Of a DNA stretch of 64,000 nt, positions 58,528 through 64,000 are shown in pieces (the stretch's first letter is position 1; every line of letters begins with the position of its first letter). The position numbers were made by a program, and so were the translations under genes. The notes under the pieces are model-generated. The model saw nothing but the letters and a program-made list of their open reading frames with translations, ran no database searches and was not told where the DNA came from. This DNA is from Minisyncoccota bacterium (GTDB lineage Bacteria > Patescibacteriota > Minisyncoccia > Phycocordibacterales > UBA918): positions 478,663 through 542,662 of the forward strand of contig JAWKSP010000001.1 in NCBI GenBank assembly GCA_041389025.1. Reading direction: 5' to 3'.

Positions 58528-59280
58528 ATGCTTAGTCAAGAGGAAGAGTGGTTGCTTAAAGAAGGTTTTCAAGGCGAAAAAAGCGAAGCTTTTTTCGCCT
58601 CCGTCCAAAAACTAAAGTCCGGCACTCCCCTTGCCTATCTTATCGGTTACACTCCTTTCCTAAATTGCCAAATCTTTCTAGACTCTAAACCGCTCATTCC
58701 TCGTCCCGAGACCGAGTTTTGGGCAGAAAAAGTCATTATAGAAATAAATGATCTGTCAAAAACCACAAACCGCACTATCGACGTTCTTGATCTATGCGCC
58801 GGCAGTGGTTGTATCGGGGTAGCTGTAGCAAAAAACTGCCCATCAGTTAAGGCTCATTTTTCCGAACTAGAAGAAGCACACCTAAAGACAATAGAAAAAA
58901 ATTGTAGAGAAAATAATATACAAAAAAATCGATACAAAATTCACCAAAGTGACCTTTTTACAAAACTTCCAAAAATCAAATATGACCTTATACTATCCAA
59001 TCCTCCCTACATCGACAAAAAACTAAACCGCGCCGAAAAATCAGTTGTAGAAAATGAACCGGAATTAGCCCTTTTCGGTGGTAAGGACGGCATGGAGGTA
59101 ATCGGAAAAATAATCACCAGAGCACCAGACTACTTAAAACAAAATGGTGAGCTATGGCTTGAACATGAACCGGAACAAACGGAAGACATCAAAGTTTTAG
59201 CCTCCAAAAATAACTTTAAATTTCACAATCACAAAGATCAGTACGGCGTGGAGCGCTTCTCTCAATTAGTGGTACAATAA
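58528..59280 (+). CDS. prmC: Release factor glutamine methyltransferase
   Basis: PLAYLIG, LIPRPETE, DLCAGSGCIG, SNPPY. Confidence 0.93.
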   Translation: MLSQEEEWLLKEGFQGEKSEAFFASVQKLKSGTPLAYLIGYTPFLNCQIFLDSKPLIPRPETEFWAEKVIIEINDLSKTTNRTIDVLDLCAGSGCIGVAVAKNCPSVKAHFSELEEAHLKTIEKNCRENNIQKNRYKIHQSDLFTKLPKIKYDLILSNPPYIDKKLNRAEKSVVENEPELALFGGKDGMEVIGKIITRAPDYLKQNGELWLEHEPEQTEDIKVLASKNNFKFHNHKDQYGVERFSQLVVQ

Positions 59281-59286
59281 ATCAAC

Positions 59287-59502
59287 ATGGATTTAGATAT
59301 ACAAAACTTTCCTCTTCACAACATTATCACCCTCGCTTTTTATGCGGTTGCTTTTTTATACGTTCTCTTTTCTGCTATTTTATATTACCACTGGAACGAA
59401 TACAGTGTTGAGCCAACTGTCACCAAAACCACTCTCACTTTCTATTTTATTTCTACTATACCGTTAGTAGTAATAATGGGTATTATGGTTTTAATTATTT
59501 AA
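59287..59502 (+). CDS. Small two-TM hypothetical protein
   Basis: ILYYHWNEY motif between two TM helices. Confidence 0.7.
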   Translation: MDLDIQNFPLHNIITLAFYAVAFLYVLFSAILYYHWNEYSVEPTVTKTTLTFYFISTIPLVVIMGIMVLII

Positions 59503-59504
59503 TC

Positions 59505-60071
59505 ATGCTTTACGAAAAGATACATTTAGAAACTGATGAAAAGGTTTTAAAAGTAGTGCGAAAGCATTGGTTCATTATTGTTACTGAATTATTTGGTGCT
59601 TTTTTAATGCTTATCACCCCATTTCTAATTCTCTCACTACTCACTATCATGCCCCCAGAATTCATACCGACCCATATACATGTTGAAACCTATATGCCTT
59701 TTATAATTTTTGCTGTCGCTTTCTGGTTTTTGATGGCTTTGATGACCGGTTTTATGATTTGGACTCATTATTACCTAGACCTTTGGGTGATTACCGACCG
59801 TCGCATAATCGTAATCGACCAAATTGCTTTTTTTAATCGAAAAGTTAGTAGCTTTCGTCTGGAAAGACTACAAGATATCAAATACTCTATCGATGGATTG
59901 ATTGCTACTTTCTTGAAATTTGGTACCGTTCGTGCCCAAACCGCCGGTATGGGAGAAAATAGTTTTAAGACTACCGGTCTACCAGACCCACAAGAATTAC
60001 AATCAATTATCCAGCAAGCTACGGATGCTCGCCTTCAATATTTAAAGAACCATCACAATCACAGTGTCTAA
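59505..60071 (+). CDS. Bacterial PH-domain membrane protein
   Basis: RKHW...WVITDRRII...IQDI...FGTV..QTAG. Confidence 0.8.
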   Translation: MLYEKIHLETDEKVLKVVRKHWFIIVTELFGAFLMLITPFLILSLLTIMPPEFIPTHIHVETYMPFIIFAVAFWFLMALMTGFMIWTHYYLDLWVITDRRIIVIDQIAFFNRKVSSFRLERLQDIKYSIDGLIATFLKFGTVRAQTAGMGENSFKTTGLPDPQELQSIIQQATDARLQYLKNHHNHSV

Positions 60072-60121
60072 ACTTGCATACCCGACCCTACTTTCATACA
60101 ATCATAAAACTAATCAACATC

Positions 60122-61393
60122 ATGAAAAACAAAAAATTAAGTACCGAATCATACAAAGGCGTGCGTGACTTCTATCCGGAAGACATGGCTATTCAAAGTT
60201 ATATTTTTGACACCTGGAGTGACACAGCTGAGTCCTTTGGTTTTCAACGCTACGATGCTTCTATTCTTGAGCCAGCCGAACTGTATAAAAGCAAAGGATC
60301 AGAAAATGAGGAAATAATAAATGAGCAGTCATACACTTTCACCGACCGTGGCGACCGTGAAGTTACCTTACGTCCGGAAATGACCCCAACCGTCGCTCGC
60401 ATGATTGCCGGCCGTCACCGTGAACTACACTTTCCAATCCGTTGGTATTCGATTCCAAACCTTTTTCGTTACGAGCGCCCACAAAGAGGCAGACTCCGAG
60501 AACACTGGCAACTAAACTGCGACATTTTTGGTACCACTGACTATATAGCTGATGTTGAAATAATCGCACTCAGCTACCACACTCTACTAAATCTCGGCGC
60601 CACTCCAGAAATGTTTGAAATCCGTATCAACGACCGCTCTCTTATGGAAAGAACCTACCACGCTCTTGGTATAAAAAAAGCCGAAACCATTAACCAAATC
60701 ACCAAACTAAACGACCGTCGCCGAAAAATTTCTGACAAAGAATATCGCACCGCACTTTCAAAAATAGTAAATGATGAAGTCTTAGCGGAAGAAATCATCA
60801 TGATTTTAGATCAAACCGATGAACAATCAGACGTAGTTTTAGGACTGCAAGAACTTGGTATCACCAATGTAGTTTTTGATAAAAGTTTGGCACGTGGCTT
60901 TGATTATTACACTGGTACAATTTTTGAATTTTTTGACACAAATAAAGAAAACCCACGTGCTCTTTTGGGTGGTGGCAGATACGACAACCTGACCGCCATG
61001 TTTGGTGGTGAACCGATTGTCGGCGTTGGTTTTGGTATGGGTGACGTTAGTACCAGAAACTTCTTGGAAACTCATAACTTAATCCCTGAAAGTATACGCT
61101 CAAATTCCACTGATCTAGCCATAGTACCGACCGACCAAACTCTAAATTTAGAAGCAGAAAAGTTAGCCTCAGAATTTCGTAAACAAAAAATAAAAACTAT
61201 CACTTCTATAGGTACAAAAAAACTTGGCAAGAAAATCAGCGACTTAGCTCAGTCCGGTACGACTTTTGTTATAATAGTCGGCACCGACGAAATTGAAAGC
61301 AAAAAATACACCTTAAAGAACCTGCAGAAAAATTCTGAAAAGACCGGTAAACTCCGGCAACTAATTAGCGAAATTAAAAATCACCGAAAATAA
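60122..61393 (+). CDS. hisS: Histidine--tRNA ligase
   Basis: KGVRDFYP, LRPEMT, FRYERPQRGRLREHWQ, RGFDYYTG, GGGRYD; start ATG 60122. Confidence 0.97.
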   Translation: MKNKKLSTESYKGVRDFYPEDMAIQSYIFDTWSDTAESFGFQRYDASILEPAELYKSKGSENEEIINEQSYTFTDRGDREVTLRPEMTPTVARMIAGRHRELHFPIRWYSIPNLFRYERPQRGRLREHWQLNCDIFGTTDYIADVEIIALSYHTLLNLGATPEMFEIRINDRSLMERTYHALGIKKAETINQITKLNDRRRKISDKEYRTALSKIVNDEVLAEEIIMILDQTDEQSDVVLGLQELGITNVVFDKSLARGFDYYTGTIFEFFDTNKENPRALLGGGRYDNLTAMFGGEPIVGVGFGMGDVSTRNFLETHNLIPESIRSNSTDLAIVPTDQTLNLEAEKLASEFRKQKIKTITSIGTKKLGKKISDLAQSGTTFVIIVGTDEIESKKYTLKNLQKNSEKTGKLRQLISEIKNHRK

Positions 61394-61394
61394 A

Positions 61395-61970
61395 ATGCGC
61401 TACATAATATTTGACTTAGAAACGCAAAATATTTTTCACGACGTTGGAAGCAATGACCCAACCGCTTTAGATATTTCGGTTGGTACTTTTTACGACAGCC
61501 TAGAAGACAAATACACTACTGTCACCATCGACGAACTACAGACTGTTTGGCCGATTTTAGAGCAAGCCGACGCTCTGGTTGGCTACAATAGCAACCACTT
61601 CGACATTCCACTTTTAAACAAATATTACCCCGGAGACTTAACCCACATAAAAAGTATCGATTTGCTGGAGGAAATCAGAAATTCACTTGGTCGCCGCCTA
61701 CGTCTAGACAGTGTAGCCGAAGCTACAGTTGGCGCTAAAAAATCAGCCCACGGTCTACAGGCTGTACGTTGGTGGCGTGAAGGAAAGATAAACGAAATCA
61801 AAAAATACTGCGAACAGGACGTAAAAGTAACCAAAAAAGTTTTTGACTACGCTATGAAAAACGGTCACGTTAAGTTCAAAGACGGCTCCCGCAAACGCGA
61901 AATACCGCTTGATACGAGCCACTGGCTGATAAAGGAAGAAGCGGCGATGACGCATTCATTGTTGTTTTAA
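61395..61970 (+). CDS. RNase H-like (YprB/RNase_H_2) exonuclease domain protein
   Basis: FDLET, GYN..FDIP, IDLL, YCEQDV. Confidence 0.85.
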   Translation: MRYIIFDLETQNIFHDVGSNDPTALDISVGTFYDSLEDKYTTVTIDELQTVWPILEQADALVGYNSNHFDIPLLNKYYPGDLTHIKSIDLLEEIRNSLGRRLRLDSVAEATVGAKKSAHGLQAVRWWREGKINEIKKYCEQDVKVTKKVFDYAMKNGHVKFKDGSRKREIPLDTSHWLIKEEAAMTHSLLF

Positions 61971-61993
61971 GACTTAGAATGTAAAATATATTT

Positions 61994-62599
61994 ATGAAAA
62001 AAATATTAATATTAATTTTATTAATAATTGTTACTGGTCTAATTTTTGTTACCTTCTCTAAGAATAAAGAATTGGATTCAGACCCTAATAAAAACGAACC
62101 AGAAAAAGTAACCGAACCACCTGAAAAAACTATAGATTTATCTAATGTTGAAAAACCAGCTAGCTTTGCCAACGTACCAATGACTACTTATAAAAGCGCT
62201 GATTATGGTTATGAGATAACTTATCCGGAGAGCTGGGATACGGTATTGACTCCTAAGGAAGTTACTAATGGTCCTGATTTAGAAAATTATGTTATTTACC
62301 CAATTTATATAATGTACGGCCCGTCACCAATACTTGATATAACTTATTATGAAGATAAAGTTAATAACTATATAGATAGGAAAGTTGGTATATTTGACAT
62401 AACCAAAATATCATTAAATGGTTTAGACGGATATAAATACACTTCCGGTACTGAAAAAAATCATACAAAAACCACTTTCGTCCTTACGGTTAATAATGAA
62501 CATATACTAACAATTACCTACTGGCCAAATGAAGAGTACAATACCACTGAAGAAGAGGCCCTATGGGTATTATCTACCCTTAAATTGACTGATAACTAA
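61994..62599 (+). CDS. Membrane-anchored PsbP-like protein
   Basis: TYKSADYGYEITYPESW...LSTLKL. Confidence 0.6.
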   Translation: MKKILILILLIIVTGLIFVTFSKNKELDSDPNKNEPEKVTEPPEKTIDLSNVEKPASFANVPMTTYKSADYGYEITYPESWDTVLTPKEVTNGPDLENYVIYPIYIMYGPSPILDITYYEDKVNNYIDRKVGIFDITKISLNGLDGYKYTSGTEKNHTKTTFVLTVNNEHILTITYWPNEEYNTTEEEALWVLSTLKLTDN

Positions 62600-62700
62600 A
62601 ACCTGAAAACGTATGTGTTATACTCTATCCTGTTGATAAATTTGATTTATTGACAGGATAGTTCCTTTTAAAATCTTAAATCATTCAGGAGGAAATTCTA

Positions 62701-63789
62701 GTGAATAATAAACTGTTTGTTTTATTTTTGTTGTTATTGATTAATAGCTATGCTTTTGCAGTTAAACCAATTGACGGTTTACCCGACTACAACGGTACGT
62801 ACTTTGGTAGTCCAAATACCGGTAGCTTGTACGATGAGAGTTCACCAATCTTTACCACCCTATGGCGAGATAATTATTATCGTAGTACCGCCAACTGTGC
62901 TGGAGAAGGTTGTGGTAAACATCCAGGAGTGGATATTGCAGTACCGAGCGGAACTGAAGTTAGAGCATCTTTATCTGGCAGAGTACACAGAAAATTAGAT
63001 TGTGACGCTGGTTGGGGTGGTTTAGTGGTAATAGAAGCCGATAACCCCTATAAATCCGGAGAAAAAGTGTACATCAGCTATGCACACCTACGGGACATCT
63101 TTGTTTCATTGGAGGATATAGTTTCAACCGGTGACATCATTGGCGAGTCCGGCGGTGCACTTACCGACCCTTGTCATGGTACCAGCACCGGCGCTCATTT
63201 GCATTTTCAAGTTGATAAGCCACATTCCGGAAATTATCCATGGTATCCGTTCGGTCGGTCTGAATATCCTGATAGCGATTTCGAGGTAACAGAAAAAACC
63301 TATAACCCACTACCTTTTGTTCAAGGTTATGGTTATCATTGGACCTTTGGTGAAGATGGCTTTAAGGAATTATGGGGAGCCTATAGTGTTAACGACTATG
63401 GAGTTGACAATAGCTACCTATGGATAGACAGCGAATCCACCTATGCTTCAATAACCAGATCTGGTATGGCTTCTAGCTGTGCCCATGGAGATGGTTACCA
63501 ATGCAGCCGCTCAGTCGCTATTGAAGCTGACTTATACAAGCTATGGGTCTTAAATCTGGATTTTGAATGTGATAATAATCCTGTTGTTGTCTACTTCAAA
63601 AACTCTGACGGAAAATACGGTGGTCTAGCCTTCAATTATGATAGTGCCAGAAAATATTACCTACCAATGAATATTCACAGTTTATGGACTGGCACAATTA
63701 CTGGGCTATGGCTTTTCCCATCAGACGGTTGTTCAGCACCCTCTGGTAACAGGGAATTTTATATTCACCAAATGTATTTTCTTCACTAA
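62701..63789 (+). CDS. Secreted M23 family metallopeptidase with Cys-rich loops and a C-terminal beta domain
   Basis: HPGVD, YAHL, STGAHLHFQ; signal peptide; AGGAGG SD; GTG start. Confidence 0.88.
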   Translation: MNNKLFVLFLLLLINSYAFAVKPIDGLPDYNGTYFGSPNTGSLYDESSPIFTTLWRDNYYRSTANCAGEGCGKHPGVDIAVPSGTEVRASLSGRVHRKLDCDAGWGGLVVIEADNPYKSGEKVYISYAHLRDIFVSLEDIVSTGDIIGESGGALTDPCHGTSTGAHLHFQVDKPHSGNYPWYPFGRSEYPDSDFEVTEKTYNPLPFVQGYGYHWTFGEDGFKELWGAYSVNDYGVDNSYLWIDSESTYASITRSGMASSCAHGDGYQCSRSVAIEADLYKLWVLNLDFECDNNPVVVYFKNSDGKYGGLAFNYDSARKYYLPMNIHSLWTGTITGLWLFPSDGCSAPSGNREFYIHQMYFLH

Positions 63790-63817
63790 CCAACCAATCT
63801 GATAGAGAGGTAATAAA

Positions 63818-64000
63818 ATGTTACTAAAAATATTTAAGTTCTTTATATTGTGTTCTTTATTTTTTTCAACCCAAATCTTTGCTGGAAATGATATTTCTGA
63901 ACAAAGAAAAAATCACGGGAAATCACCAAAAATTGTAGTCGAGGACGATGACCCAAGTGTTGAAAAACAATTTTCAAACACACACATACCGGAAAAAGTG
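63818..64000 (+). CDS. Exported hypothetical protein (truncated by window end)
   Basis: GAGG SD; MLLKIFKFFILCSLFFSTQIFA signal peptide; open to the end. Confidence 0.6.
   Translation, partial: MLLKIFKFFILCSLFFSTQIFAGNDISEQRKNHGKSPKIVVEDDDPSVEKQFSNTHIPEKV

Overview
AT-rich bacterial chromosome segment using genetic code 11. Gene content (lepA, murJ, hisS, rpmG, prmC, truB-like, GH15/GH57/GT4 cluster, RnfD-FNR/ApbE locus, many short membrane hypotheticals) and the lack of Shine-Dalgarno sites on core genes suggest a Patescibacteria/CPR (Parcubacteria-like) genome; this is inference. It holds an RNase P RNA expanded by long AT-rich hairpins, tRNA-Arg(CCT), tRNA-Phe(GAA), a complete V/A-type ATPase operon, an MsrAB-Trx-DipZ locus and mutM-ung. 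The most unusual part is 13.9-18.7 kb. (i) A non-coding module occurs four times: an antisense copy of a tRNA 3' end, interrupted by an exactly 25-nt AGAAAR-N12-YTTTCGT hairpin at the same tRNA position in the three intact copies, and rewritten to match three different tRNAs. (ii) Three integrase-free single-gene cassettes are bounded by tRNA-Asn-like att repeats, resembling an integron array. (iii) An IS1111-type IS110 element is inserted in one module; its bridge/seek RNA loops can be read from the sequence and match its own target and circle junction. (iv) A partial tRNA-Arg duplicate has an altered 8-nt anticodon loop. A strand-composition switch and a dif-like site suggest this island lies at the replication terminus. 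All calls were made by eye with no database searches.
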